From positions 279,573 to 343,572 of the forward strand of contig MNCI01001925.1 of NCBI GenBank assembly GCA_015680685.1: DNA of 64,000 nt, in the 5' to 3' direction. This DNA comes from Gnetum montanum (taxonomy: Eukaryota > Plantae > Gnetophyta). Both the position numbers and the translations under genes were made by a program. Every line of letters begins with the position of its first letter. The first letter of the stretch is position 1. The notes below the pieces were generated by a model. That model made no database searches. It was not told the DNA's origin and saw nothing but the letters and a program-made list of their open reading frames with translations. Positions 47,039 to 60,354 of the stretch are shown piece by piece.

Positions 47039-48292
47039 TGTACCGCCTGAAATCGTCGGTCTCCAGCTGGAAGGGAAAATAGAGGCTGTGGGATCGTGGG
47101 ACGGGTACAGAAGACCCTACCTTCGCCTGAGGGCGAGCTGGAATGCAACGGAGGCAGAGTACCTTGGGTGGTCCACACGCGGATCAAACAAGGATTTCCT
47201 TGCGCGTACGCAAAACGCTAATATGCTGGGTTATGTGTAAACGACATGCAGGCGTAAACAGCAAAAACAGCGTGAAACGTAAATGGATGCAAACGAAGCA
47301 TGTGCATAAACAGACGTAAACAATGCGTGGGCCAAATTGACGTAAAAATATAAAATAACTTACAACAAATGTAAACAGTACAGAGTCAAAGTACAGTGCA
47401 CCAGTCTAATGCAGTCGTGTGGGGACACAAGGCAGACGAAAAGCCCTAGCGTATGCAGGAATGACTCGGCCGGTTCGCATGGCAGGCAGAGCATAGAGAT
47501 TGTGCGTGCAGCGTACAGGGCATAAGAGGATTTCAGCTCTTGTGCACAACGTAAATGTTCTTTGGTCTGCTCTGGGATTTTTCCCACCATCTTGTGAAAG
47601 TGGGAAATGGGGGTTTTGATACAGGTTGTTACGCTAGACTCGGGTTGGACAACACGTGGCACGTTAATCGAGTTCATACACTTTACAAATATACAAAATG
47701 TTACAACTACTGGGTGTATACGCTAGGTGTATATACCACATCAAGTCGGCGTATACGCTGAAAATGCTGGGCATGAACTAGGTGGAGATGCTAAGCGCTG
47801 GGCGTATACGCTGGTGAATGTTGGGCGTACACGCCGGGCATATACGCTGATGAATGTTGGGCGTACACACCGGGCGTATACGCTGAAGGATGCTGGGCGT
47901 ACACGTCGGGCATATACGCTGAAGGATGTTGGGCGTACATGTCGGGCGCATACACCGAAGGATGTCCACTTGCTTCAATCCTTGCTCTTCGGTGTTATCT
48001 CGATGCTGTCATTAGAGATCTTGTCGTCGAGCGTGTGCATCTAGAGTACCTGGGCGTGTACGCTGGAGAGCCGGGAGTATACGCTGGAGTGTTAGGTGTA
48101 TACGCTGGACGCATACGCTGGAATGCTAGGCGTATACGCTGTATGCTGGGCGTATACGCTAGAGTGTATATGCTGGCACCATGTACTTAGCAAAAACTAA
48201 GTGTTGCGATCATGCAACTGGCGTCGTTCATGAGTTCCAGGGTCCTATTTGGTGTCAGACAAGTACTAAGCTCTGAATTTTGTGGTGTTTCA
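47039..48292 (-). repeat. 5' LTR of element C (1254 bp)
   Basis: Adjacent to the PBS; direct repeat of 30250-31511. Confidence 0.96.
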
Positions 48293-48456
48293 CCAAGTGT
48301 TTGCATTCTTTCCTGGGAGCCATCGTTTTGCTCACCAACTCTTTCTTCGTTGCTACGTTGGATCACATTGTTCTTAATTGGCACAATCACTCTATGATAT
48401 GAATGTCGGCTCTACACTATTATAGTGAAAATGATGCGTTTACCAGGGGTAAACCC

Positions 48457-48466
48457 CTATTTATAG
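48457..48466 (-). promoter_or_regulatory. TATA box (CTATAAATAG) for the antisense gene of B
   Basis: Canonical plant TATA in antisense orientation; identical in A at 60167-60176. Confidence 0.65.
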
Positions 48467-48644
48467 CCTCAATGGTAAAAAGAAACCTATCATTCTCTCT
48501 CCTTGATTAATGTGGGATGTTCTGTATAGCGTAGTATGCTGACCATGGCATAGTAGCACTCTTCGCATTAAGGCAGGTGAGCCTAAGCGAAAAGCCTTGA
48601 TATGCTTCAAACTAGCTATTTGCCTTCACAAAAGTATCTCGTTA

Positions 48645-48880
48645 GCGGTCTGCAAAGATCTTAAACTAGCAATCATAACACATAGTTTCAATCTAGTTAG
48701 TGGTTTGTAAAGGCCTTAAACTAAGCTACCTTTCACTCTTCTTAGAATAACCTATCAGCGGTCCACAATGACCTTAAACTAGCAATTTCGACCTTTTACT
48801 CGTTAGTGGTCCGCAAAGACCTTAAACTAGTAGCTTTGAACCTCTTGCATTTTAGTGGTTCAAAAAGACCTTAAACTAAA
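48645..48880 (+). repeat. Array of GGTCCGCAAAGACCTTAAACTAG units upstream of RT in B
   Basis: About 5 spaced copies; equivalent array in A at 60355-60585. Confidence 0.8.
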
Positions 48881-49165
48881 ACTCTAATCTATTGGTAGTC
48901 TAAAGAAATTAGATTGGAAATTTTTCATTTTTAAATTAGTAGTCTTGCATTTTTACAATAGCAGTTTTGCAATTTTACACTAGCAGTTTTGCATCTTTAC
49001 CTCCAGGCAGTCCGTCATGACCTTAAACAAGAAAATCTTAAGCTTTCTATCATACTTTCTACTTATTTCTATCGTGCACATTTCATTGCTACTTTTCAAA
49101 TTTTCACTATGCACAGTTACTACAAATAGGTATCTCTTGACTAGACATTCATCTTGTTTTGGCAG

Positions 49166-52100
49166 GTTGAGTGAGAATGGAAATCCATCATGATCTCTCT
49201 TCACCTTTAGTTTTAGCAGGTCCACACGACAAACTCATGAAACAACTGAACCCAGAGTTAATAGACTAGGAATCACTCATGTTTAGCACCATATCATCCT
49301 TAGAAGCATCCCTAGACTGCCCTGAGCTTCTTGTCCAAGCCCTAGATTTAGAGGCTAGGGATATAACTGAGGACCCTCTCATTGAAACTCCTGTGACCAC
49401 ATCCAAGGGGGAAGTAAAAATGTTGAAACTTAGTTCGCTTCTAGATTCGTAGATGCACAAATATGTAGCCAAAATTTTGCAAGATAACATTGAGGTCTTC
49501 TCATGGTCATACAATGACATACCGAGTTTAGATCTAAGGCTGATACAACACAACATCATCTTAGACCTGCGCATGAAAGCAGTTAAGAAAAAGGATTGCA
49601 AGGTTAAACTAGAGATCACAGTGGCCATACAGGATGAAATCACTAAGCTATATCAGGCTAGTTTCATCTGGGCAGTTGATTATTCGGAATGGGTGTCTAA
49701 CATTATTGTGGTTTCTAAGAAAACAGAAGGGATATGTATCTGTATAGAATTCTAGGATCTGAACAAGGCCACAATCAAAGATGACTTTCCACTTCCAAGT
49801 ATCAATCAACTCATCAACACTATGACTGGTCATGCTCTGTTATCCTTCATGGATGATTTTTACAGCTATAACCAAATTGGCATCAACCAAGAGCATTAGT
49901 TAACAACAACCTTCATGACCCCATGGGGTACCTTTTATTACACTATGATGCATTTTGGGATGAAAAATGCCAGAGCAACCTACTAGAGGTCCATGACTTA
50001 CATTTTTAGCAACTACATCCTAGAAATGCTGAACAACTACGTGGATGATATAGTGGTCAAATCTAAAAAAGACGTTGATCATCCCAATGATCTGGGTGTA
50101 GTCCTCAAGCGTTGCTAGATGCATGATTTACACCTTAACCCAAAAAAGTATGTCTTCAGGGTGAAAGCTAGACACATGCTATGGTTTGTAGTATTGGAGG
50201 CTAGAATATGAGTGGACCCTAACAAAGTAAAGGCCATCGTCAACTTGGCACTTTCTACAAACCTTAAAGAACTACGTGGGCTACAGGGTAGAGTTCAATT
50301 CATCAGAAGGTTTATAGCAAAGTTGACTAACAAGTTACACCCTATGCAACATCTTCTAAAGAAAGGGATTAACTTTGAATGGAAAACTCAATGCCAACAA
50401 ACCTTTGATGATATGAAGAAAGAGCTTTTGCACCTCCCAACTATTTACCCACCACAGAGGAATAAGCCTTTCTTCATCTACCTTGCCACCTTGGACACGT
50501 CTATCGTGGCACTGTTATGTCAAAAATAAGATGATGGTTCTAAGATACTAGTGTACTACCTAAGTCATGCACTGATACCATATGAGGAAAAATACAATGA
50601 GGTGGAGAGAAACTATATTGCCTTATTATTTGCATTGAAGAAGTGGAGGCACTACCTATTTCATAGCAAAATTAACATTATTTGCAAAAGGAACATACTC
50701 TGAGCTATCACAAAAAACCTATATGAAAGCAGTAGGATAGCTCAGTCGAAAGAAATAACAACAGAATTCAATTTACATTATGTGAGCCAATTGTCAACAA
50801 AAGGTCAAGTTGTAGCAATGCAACTTATGACCTCACCTATCAACAACCAGGTGATCATAGATCCCGAATTCCAAGACAAGCATGTTAGTAATATCAATGC
50901 CATCCTGCCACATCTTGAGGCTACTTTGCATTTCAATGACCCCTCGACCACGCGAGGGGGTAGTACAACTACTGTCATTACATTCCCCTCTGGAGAAACA
51001 CAACATTTTGGTTATCATTTTATGTTCCCTTGTACAAACAACATGGTAGAGTATGAGGGGTTACTCAAGGGCCTCTTAGCAGCCCAAGCATTAAGCATAC
51101 AACACCTAGTGATTTGTAGATATTCACAACATTTTGTGAATCAAATCACTGAGGTCTACATGTGCAAGGCTACACACCTACAACCCTACTGCTACTTTGC
51201 AAAAAATAGCTCAAATAGTTTGCAAAAACTAACATACAACATGTGCCACCTAACAAAAACTCCGTAGCAGATGCACTAGCCACCCTGGCATTAAATGTGT
51301 CACCACACTTGTTTGTAAGTTTGACAACTTCAATTACCAAGTGTACAGAGCCTATCACTCAGGTAGGACATGTAGCCTCTATTAGTGCTGTGGATACACA
51401 GGAGTGGCACTCCAACATTAAAGCCTATCTACAACATGGTGAGCCCCCAAGTGGATTGACATTTGCCTAGAGAAATGCAATCCGCAAGCGTGCTCGACAA
51501 TATGTGCTCATGGGAGACAATGTCCTATGAAAAAGCTCCTATGATGGGATATTGCTAGCATGGATAACTGAGGAGCAAGCACAGAAGGTTATTGATGAAG
51601 TACATGAAGGACTATGTGGTGGACACATAGCACCTAGGGCTATGGCTGCAAAAATCAGATGTCTAGGTTACTATTGGCATCACATGGAGCATGATTGCAT
51701 AGCCAAAGTCAAGACCTATGATACATGCCAAAGATATGCAAATCTCATACACATTTCACATATAGAATTACATTCAACGTAGATCACGTGGATTTTCCAA
51801 TGATGGGGACTAGACATCATAGAACCTATCACACCTAAGTCTTCCATAGGACATAGTTTCATCATCACTGCCATTGAGTATTTTACTAAGTGAGTGGAGG
51901 CTATCCCCCTAAGGAATACTACATCTTAGCATATTTTTCACTTCATCTTAGACAACATCGTAATAAGGTTTGGGCTTCCCATGACTATTATGATTGACAT
52001 CGGGCCATAGTTTAGTAGTGCGGAAACCCGAACCCTTTGTAGCAATCTTGGTATCAGACAATTGTTCTCCTCACCATACTATTAGTAGGCAAGCAGACAA

Positions 52101-52646
52101 GTAGAGGCTACAAAAAAGTCCATCATCAACTTGCTGAAGAAAATGCTTAATGAAAGCAAGAGGTAATGGCATGAGTAAATCCTCTATGTGTTGTGGGCTT
52201 ATAGGACAACATGAAGTACTATGACAGGTAAGACAACTTATAGTCTTGTTTATGGATCTGAAGTAGTGTTACCTCTTGAGTTGCTGGTGCCATCACTCTG
52301 GATGAGCCTATCGAATGTCATGAGCAAAGCCTAGAATAATGGGTTAGGGATCATCAACCTCGACTCAATAGAGGAGGAGCATGCACATACACTAAGTTAC
52401 ATAGAGCATTATCAAAACAAGAAGTGGTAGAAACATCATGCAAATCTGCATCAATAACTAATACAGAAGAAATACATCATTCTCAAGGCTATTCATGAGC
52501 ATATGAACAAATTCTCAGCAAATTGGGAAGGTCCATAGATGGTCACAAAAGCCTTTAGAAATAGGGCCTTCAAGTTGGCAGACATGGACGACAATGAGTT
52601 TGAAAATCTGGTGAATCACTCATATCTCAAGATGTACTACATCTGA
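49166..52646 (+). pseudogene. pol: Degenerate pol (RT-RH-aRH-INT) of element B
   Basis: Colinear with the C pol; YVDD at about 50038, TNNMVEYEGL, HEGLCGGH, WEGP; many stops. Confidence 0.95.
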
Positions 52647-52669
52647 TGCATGAAGCAGATTAGCACATG

Positions 52670-53030
52670 TACACTACGACGTAAAACTAGCAAAGGTGAG
52701 CACATGTTCGCTACAACATAAAATTGGCAAAGCACGTCTGCTATGACGTAAAATTAGCAAAGCTCATCTACCATGATGTAAAATTGGCACAGACAGTTTG
52801 CTATGACTATAAATTGGTATAGATAGTCCACTATGACTATAAACTAGCATAGAACATTCGCTATGACGTTATACTAGTGCTACGGTTTGCTGGGACCTTA
52901 AACTAGCTCATCCACTATCCACTATGATGATAAACTAGCATAATTGTCTACTAGGACATTAAACTAGCACATCATGGTCTACTAAGACCTTAAACTAGCA
53001 CGTCATGCTCTACTAGGACCTTAAAATGGG
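52670..53030 (+). repeat. Tandem array (about 28-32 bp, CTATGACGTAAAACTAGCA) downstream of the integrase in B
   Basis: Direct inspection, roughly a dozen units. Confidence 0.85.
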
Positions 53031-54380
53031 TTTGTGGCATGTCCCCAATATGCATCATGACTCATCAAGTAAGTGAACGTGAACACTACCAACATGGGGT
53101 GGGACGTTGTAGTTCCAGAATGTAGTTCATGACGCCAAGAACATACCATCTTGAATATATACAATGCCACTACTCCTGGCATCTTGCTGATCCTTTAGAG
53201 ATGTCTTATGACATCTTGCTGACCTTCCTGAGTATGCGAACATTATGGAAGTAGCTTCTTTGGTCAACGCCTGCTGTTGGAGTTCCAGCAGTATTGTGGC
53301 CCAGTCACAATATTGCTTTCCTCCAGCCCTTGCCAACGTCGAAGCCCAGAAGACGTTCAACTATCGGGTAGCCAATCTCACAGCTGAACTGCATAATTTT
53401 TTCCTTGGGCAGGGAGTCTTGAGCACTTACATCACCCCAATTCCTAGCTACCTCAGTGCTGACCTCTCCATGAAAATGTTGCTAGAACTATTGTTGGCCT
53501 TTCTAGTTTGGACATCAAATGGTCCAGTAACAACGTCCATTGTTCTAGTAGCATTCAAAGAAAGCTAGATGTTTGCCTTCATTTTGCATCATGGTTGTCT
53601 CTCCTGGTTTACTTTCTATTGTGTTTGCAGGGTGGGTACCAAAGGAGCGTTAGTTAGAGGTGTGTTACACCAGGTGGGAGGACACTACATCGTTACAAGG
53701 TGGTCATCTTGATTAGCTTGGCTACTTCGGAGTGCATATCCTATCCTCTCCTGTAGCCTCCTTTACCTCATTCCTTACACTCACAATTCTCACTTTCATC
53801 TCTTTTACAACTTTTCTTGATACTTGTAAAGGCCTTCAATATGCCCAACTGCAAAGTCCATGACGTGCGTAATGCAACTCGCCACATGGGAAGCATCTGT
53901 AGGCAAGTTAAAGCTTCATGTGGATGTAACACAACTCATCCTAGGAAAGATACCTATCCTGTGACAAGGTTATTTGCATATGTAAACATTAGAATAGCAC
54001 AAGCAAAAGCGTAAAAGAGCAAAGCTCATGCAAAAAGAAAAAAAAAACATGCCTAAAAAATGGCACAATAGCTATTTCGCAGTAATCCTCTCTAAGCATT
54101 CCAACAAGAGGTTGAAGATCAGTAAAAGAAAAGATGACCATGAAAACAACTCCCTCAAAAGCATTCCAACAAGGGATCCTACTAAGTTTCATCTTTACCA
54201 TTTTTCTGAACCTCCTTCCCCCTGCTTAACCTTAACCTTTTCCTCGCATAACCAATGCAACACTCTCAAGTATAGCTAAGCGACATCTTGGCAATCACTG
54301 ATGAGCAATGTTAGCATTTTTTCTTTCATGGTGTTTTGTATTCTTTGTTGGCATCTCTCAGGTCCATCCTCCAGACATTG

Positions 54381-54395
54381 ACAAAGAGGGGCCAA
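54381..54395 (+). promoter_or_regulatory. Polypurine tract of element B
   Basis: ACAAAGAGGGGCCAA immediately before the 3' LTR. Confidence 0.85.
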
Positions 54396-56154
54396 TGAAA
54401 CACCCTAAATTTTCAAGGCATTCTTGCTTCACCAGGGTCCCAGAATTGAGGCAAACATGTCCACAAGTGTAGCCTCAGGACCATTTGGTAGGAAATTGAT
54501 GCTCTGAGTTTAGAATGTCTAGTTTGGATGATTTAACCAGTTGACAATTCATTCATGAAGCATGCTAATGGTTTTCGATGGTGCTTAGGATTAACAAAAT
54601 AGTTTGGCAAGTTTTTCTAGTTAAGAAATTTGCTATGCTACACTATGCTACGCTATGTAGCATAGCAAGCCTTAGAAGACAATTGCTTAGGTGACAAAAC
54701 TATTACAAGATGAAGTGCTATGCTATGCAACGTAGTACAGCATAGCGATGGCAAAAAAAAAGGCCTAGCTCACCTAGTGATTCCAATTATTCTTGGAAAG
54801 CACTCTAGCTTGCAAAACTAGTTGTCTTGTTCAACTTCAAGTTCTTTAGCAAAGCTCCTCTTACTAGAAAAGTGGCAGATTAAGCAAAAGGCAAGCTATG
54901 TTGGCTGCTATGCTGTGTTATGCTACATAGTGTAGCATAGTGTAGCAATTATGCAAGAAGAACAAAAGACATCTCAAAATGCAAGATCAGCAAGTTTAAA
55001 GGCTTCATGTTGCGAAGAAAAAAGGTTGCAGATTGTCAACATGATCTTCAAATAAACGTTTATAACTTAAATGAAAATCGCAGTTATAGGTAGCTGCTAT
55101 GCTATGCTACACTACATAGCATAGCATAGCATAGAAAACATGCAGAACTAGCCAAAACACTTCAAAGTTTTTTAGCACATGTAATCAACTAAAACGAAAA
55201 TTTCTTCTTCGAACTGGTGCCTACGCTACGCCAACATGCTACTCTCCACAACGTAGCACAACATAGTAGGCAGCTGAGCTACACCAACATGCTATGCTTC
55301 ATAGCATAGCACAACATAGCAGGCAACTATGCTACATTAGTGTGCTTCACTCCTTGTTTGCATCATTGGAACACTTGATCCCAACATCTCTAGTTCTGAC
55401 AGCGTAATTGCAGCGTGATAGGTTTGTGACTAGCTTTGCATGTTCATATAGTATGGACATGTCAACATCTTGTGGGTCTAGGACACATGTCATCTAAGCC
55501 TCACTTATTGTGCCCTCCTAGCCCTATAAACACCTCGATGAGCAATGCTCAAAGGGTTGGCAAATTGGCAATTCAAAAAGTTTGCGAGTTGGTAAAAAGT
55601 TGGCAAATTTGACATATTTTGGCAAAAACTTGGTTGGAAAAATTGGGAATTTTGGCGTTTGGCAAAAGACAGTTAACAACTTGTTAACAGAATCAAAAAT
55701 TTGGCTTTGTAGCATTTTCGCATTATTGGCTCTTAAGTTTGTGTTCAAGCACATAGTTGGCTTGCTTTGAACATCCTTGTTACTTTTGGGATCTCTGTGC
55801 TTCCCAATGTTGCACAACCGCTTTTATCCATCTTGACAAAGTAAAGTCGTAATCTTGAAGAAGTGGATTTCTTAACTCTAGTTTGCTTTATTTTCATGAT
55901 TATCATTGCATTCTACATCATTTTTTCTTCCTTGCATTTGATAATTGTTATTTTATGCTATAAGCATTATTTCCAAAAATGATGTTTACAAAAGGTTTAG
56001 TGACACCCACTAAGTCCCTGTTTGATCGACCAAACTGTTCAGGGCACCTAGTTTCTATTTTATCTAGCATGGCCCTCATGCAGATCTGGGGTTAGGACTG
56101 TCTGACCGACAACCTCTCGGTGTTTTCTAGCCACCAATGTTTTCAATTACTATA
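54396..56154 (+). repeat. 3' LTR of element B
   Basis: TGAAACACCCTAAA...ACTATA; direct repeat of 14021-15766. Confidence 0.93.
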
Positions 56155-59100
56155 AGTATCACGGGTTAAGAGGAATTCATTCCTAGAATGGAGGTCTCCC
56201 ACCTCGGTGAGCAGATTGGCCTTCTCTTTATCTTGCCTCTAGACCTATTTCCAGAGGTCTTCATTCATGCACCTACACTCCCAAAAGGAGCATGCCGAGT
56301 GTAACACACATTTGCTAGCCTCGTCGTATACTTGATGAGGCACCTCGGTTACTTCAGGTGGGAATGTAGGTACGACATCCACCTTTACTGCTTGTTTTGG
56401 GTCCCACTTGCAATGAGAGGCTATTATCACAGGTAAAAGCACATTAATCATGGTAGCATAGCAAAGTTTGGCAACTCAAGAGGTCTAGTGTAGCAAGCTA
56501 AAAGTCTAGCGTAGTCACTTTACGTACCCACTTCCAGATCAACCTGTTTGAGACGACTAATCATGTCATCGACAACTCCCTACATAAATGTGAGCTTGTC
56601 AGGGGTCTTGGCCCATGCTTCTAGCTGGATAAAGGGAAGTCCTATAGTGTCAAAAATGGTGTCTACCACATAATCAAATGCATCAGTAATGACTGAGGTG
56701 GACTACAATAAAATAGGTGAGTAACGTAAATGACAATTTAAAGTCTCCTACCCAGCACAGCCTCAGGGGTGATAGTGGGGGTGGGGGGGGGGGGGGNACA
56801 CATCAAAATACTATCGAATATACTTTCAAACTCACTGACATCTTGTTGTAGCTCCCCTCTTTGTTGGCTTAATACTATAGCAACACCCTCTACATTCATC
56901 TATTGCTCCGATGCTGAAATTTATTTAGCAAAAGGATCATCGGTAGAGGTTTCTTCCTCATTAACATGAGCTTCCTCTTTATTCACTGGGGCCTTTCTTT
57001 TTAAGTTACCAGCATCCTCCTCATCATCAAAAATGTCCTCCTCATCTATGGAAGGGTTTTCCTCAATGATAGGAACCCCTTCCTTTGTGGTGGGGTTTCT
57101 CTCTCTCTTGACTAAGGCCCTTCCCTCTTTGGCTGGGGCCTCCATGTCTTTATTAACTACCCCTATTTTGGGGGCTGACACCTATTCATCACCTTCTTCT
57201 TCTTCTTCTTTTTCCTCTAGTAGCAAGGCATGTTTGCATTAGCTTATAGCATGTTAACTTAAAATCGATGCTACACTATGCTACTCTTCCTAGCATAGCA
57301 TAGCGTAGCAAGCATTCACCAAAAAAACAAAAAAACAAGTAAACTGCTAAAAGCATGTACAAATGGGGGGCTACATCCAGTGTATCTTGAACTGTAGTGT
57401 CCACCCCTCTTTTTCTTCCATATGGAGAAGCCCCTTAGTTGGAAGAGGCCTCTTCCACCACAACTTGGTGGCCATTGTCTCCGCGATGAGGTGTTTCCCC
57501 TATGATACACTACATATAGTAGAAGGGGATGCCTCTCCCATGCTGTCGTGGCCACGGAAGTTGCGGGCCACCCGATCCTTATTTGTCATGGAAAAATACT
57601 ACCTGATTGCTTCTAGGGATTCCTGAGCTCGAGTGGTCTAGAAGACTTGGCAAATCCATGGTTTGGGAATTTGGTTACCATCTTGCATAACCCAGACTCC
57701 ATTCTCATAGACCACTAAGAATTTTACGAAGTGCCATAAGCAGGCTATGTAAAAGGCATGGTGCACATTGAAATGGGACTCATGCTTCGTATGAAGATTG
57801 ACTATTTTAGCTTGCAAGCCTTTGCAAAGATGCCTAGCCTAGTTGTAATAGGCTCCCTCTTCCATTACCTCCCTCATCACCCAACCTTGCTCGATCCCAA
57901 TAATCTTTCCTTGGGAATGAAGTTGGGGGAAAGCATGGTCACGGAAGAGGGGGTAAATGTCTTTGGCTGCTTTTGGCTTTGCTTTTTCCATAAGGATCCC
58001 CTTTCATCCTTTCTCCACCCCTTGCCACTTCTCAATGTCCCCATGATGGTTCACCTCTTTTTTGATCTTTGCCTGTATGGGGAGGCCATCAGTGGGGACA
58101 CCGAAGAGGTCCATGAATAGTTGGTCATTGACTTCAAGGACCACCCACACATCATGCATGTATGTGTTGAAGTGATTTTCCTTTCTAGAGAAGTATTTAG
58201 CTAGGGCCAACATCTCACTTGTAGGGACGCTTGGGTTCATGGCCAAGAACAAATCCATGAGCCTAGCATCCCGAATGTGGTTGGTCAACGATTCTAGGAC
58301 CTAGTTGCAAAGCCAGCGTTGAGCTTCATCTACCTCCCCATACTTGAAGTAGATGTTGGCCTCATGATGCCTAGAGGTGATCACCATCACCTCTTTGGAC
58401 TTCTTCGATGCTACAACATTTCACACAAAAAACATAGATAAAAAAAATAGCATAAAAATAGAAGCAATGCTCAAATTTTCAAGCAACTCACTATTTAGCT
58501 TACCAGGTTTAAATGGCGATGGGAATGGTGAAAGATTCATTGATACATATTCAACAGTGATTAGCCTAAGGGATTTCCAATCCCCATCCAACCACCCAAA
58601 CTTCTTGCATCTGTTGTAGAGATGGGAGTATCGGGTTGGGTAGGTTTTGTACTCTCCTCCGCATTGGCCTATCACACCTGCGTGCATATTCTCAATGGAA
58701 GAAAACTCTCTCAGTGCCATCTATGCCAAGGCCAATGCATCTGTGTCACCATGAAGTCCATCCTTATTGATAAAAACCCTGGTAACAAAAACATGCCGTT
58801 AACATTTTCCTAGCATAGAAAGTATTGCATAGTGTAATGTGATATGTTTATAGAATTCACCCACCGGCATAGTAAACGATTCTTGGTGGGTTTTGAAAAT
58901 AAGTTCCCTTGTGGCAGGCTATAAACAAGGTGTTGTATGGATGGTAGTAATTGCATTCGAGCATCTCCTAGATCCATGCCAAACGCCTCAAATTTTTTGA
59001 GCACTGACTGGATCCTTCTCCCTACCTGCTCCTGATTTCTCCATTTGTCAAAAATCTCAGGATATCCAAATTTTTCCCTAGGCAACAGGGTTTCTATCAC

Positions 59101-60061
59101 TATGGCTTCTATCTCCTCTGACAAGTGTGACCAAAAAATCACACTAAAGTGCTAGAGGAAAAATTGTAGGAACTCCCATGCACCTTCCCTGAACCAGACC
59201 GCCTACTACCCCACACATGTGTTGGGCAAAGGAATGGTGGCCACTGGTTCACTTATGCAGCACAGGATCCCTATGATTTCTAGGACAATCAACATTGGCC
59301 TTAGCAGCACCTTGCATAACATAATTGCAAATGTTAACCTCATGTTCGAGCAAGATTCACATATAGCATAGTAGAATTAGCAGTTAGCAAATAGCATAGC
59401 ATGACTCTCTTCATGCATGTAGCATAGCAAAAAACATGAAGGAAATAGCATAGTAGAATTAGCCTAGCATAGCAACAAAAAGCTAAACAAAAATATTTTG
59501 ACAAGAAATAATTCAATGCACCGCACTAGTTTTATCAAATCTTCTACTTGAAAAAATGATTTGCATTGCACCGTGATAGACACGTGTTACCTTGTCAAAT
59601 CACATGCATGGCCAAACCCCCTTTGAGGGTCATATGCTATGCTATTTGCATACCAAGTTACTAGAATCGCCTAAGCTTCTGCAGTAAGGTAGCCACAACA
59701 ATGGTGTTCTCGAAAGCATTACATGCAACCTTAGCATAGTATCAATGCACCATTGTAGTCGAATTGGAAACAATAGTGGTGTAACAGCCAAAATAACAAC
59801 AAAAATGATAACAGGAAACACAGATTGCATAACAAAACTTGTAGAAAAAAAAATTAGAGAAAGCAGAAGAAATAGCAGCAACATAGAAAAACAAAGAATA
59901 GCATAGTAACTTATTGGGCCGATGGGGTCTCCTCTCGCATTGCGACGCATGCCTATGACATATACCCTAGGGTTTCCTTCACTTCGTCGACCTTGGAAAG
60001 TGCTAGGTGTTTGTGGTCTTTCTTTAGAGCCATCATTTTGGTTTCTGATTCTTTCTTGCAT
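56155..60061 (-). pseudogene. 5' and central exons of the antisense accessory gene of element A, degenerate
   Basis: MLIVLEIIGIL..VWFREGAWEFLQFFL at about 59150-59295; ORFs 58421-58720, 58004-58288 (DLFGVPTDGLPI), 56921-57181 and 56245-56451 (KWDPK) are colinear with B and C; 5' limit approximate. Confidence 0.85.
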
Positions 60062-60166
60062 GCTATGCTAAATTGGCTTACTCTAAGAGAGCATAATCGC
60101 TATATGCTCTGAATCAAGGCTCTGCGCTGGTACGGTAAAAATGACAAATTTATTGGGGATAAACCC

Positions 60167-60176
60167 CTATTTATAG
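60167..60176 (-). promoter_or_regulatory. TATA box (CTATAAATAG) for the antisense gene of A
   Basis: Identical to the B site at 48457-48466. Confidence 0.65.
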
Positions 60177-60354
60177 CTAAAACAGTGAAAAAGAAATTGT
60201 TATTTTCTCTCCCTGATTAATGGGTGACGTTCCGTATGCCGTAGCATTTCCCCATAGCGTAGTAGCACTATTTGAATTATGACAGGTGGGTCTGAATGAA
60301 AAAATCAACCCACGTTAAAATAGTCATTAACCTTTGCAAAAATAACTAACCAGA

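Larger units (their letters stand above)
30250..48292 (-). mobile_element. Element C: complete 18.0 kb Tat-type LTR retrotransposon nested in B (youngest, opposite orientation)
   Basis: LTRs at 47039-48292 and 30250-31511 with TG..CA ends; TSD TCAAG (30245-30249) / CCAAG (48293-48297); perfect PBS; PPT. The flanks rejoin to match the uninterrupted paralog at about 59960-60040. Confidence 0.96.
14021..56154 (+). mobile_element. Element B: complete Tat-type LTR retrotransposon nested in A, with an internal 5.4 kb duplication and interrupted by C
   Basis: Two LTRs (14021-15766, 54396-56154); TSD GGTAT (14016-14020) / AGTAT (56155-56159); PBS, PPT, gag-PR, antisense gene and pol. Confidence 0.93.

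Noticed and set aside
56767-56797. Long G run with an N (possible G-quadruplex)
   Set aside because: The B paralog has only GGGGG here, and the ambiguous base suggests homopolymer expansion or an assembly problem.
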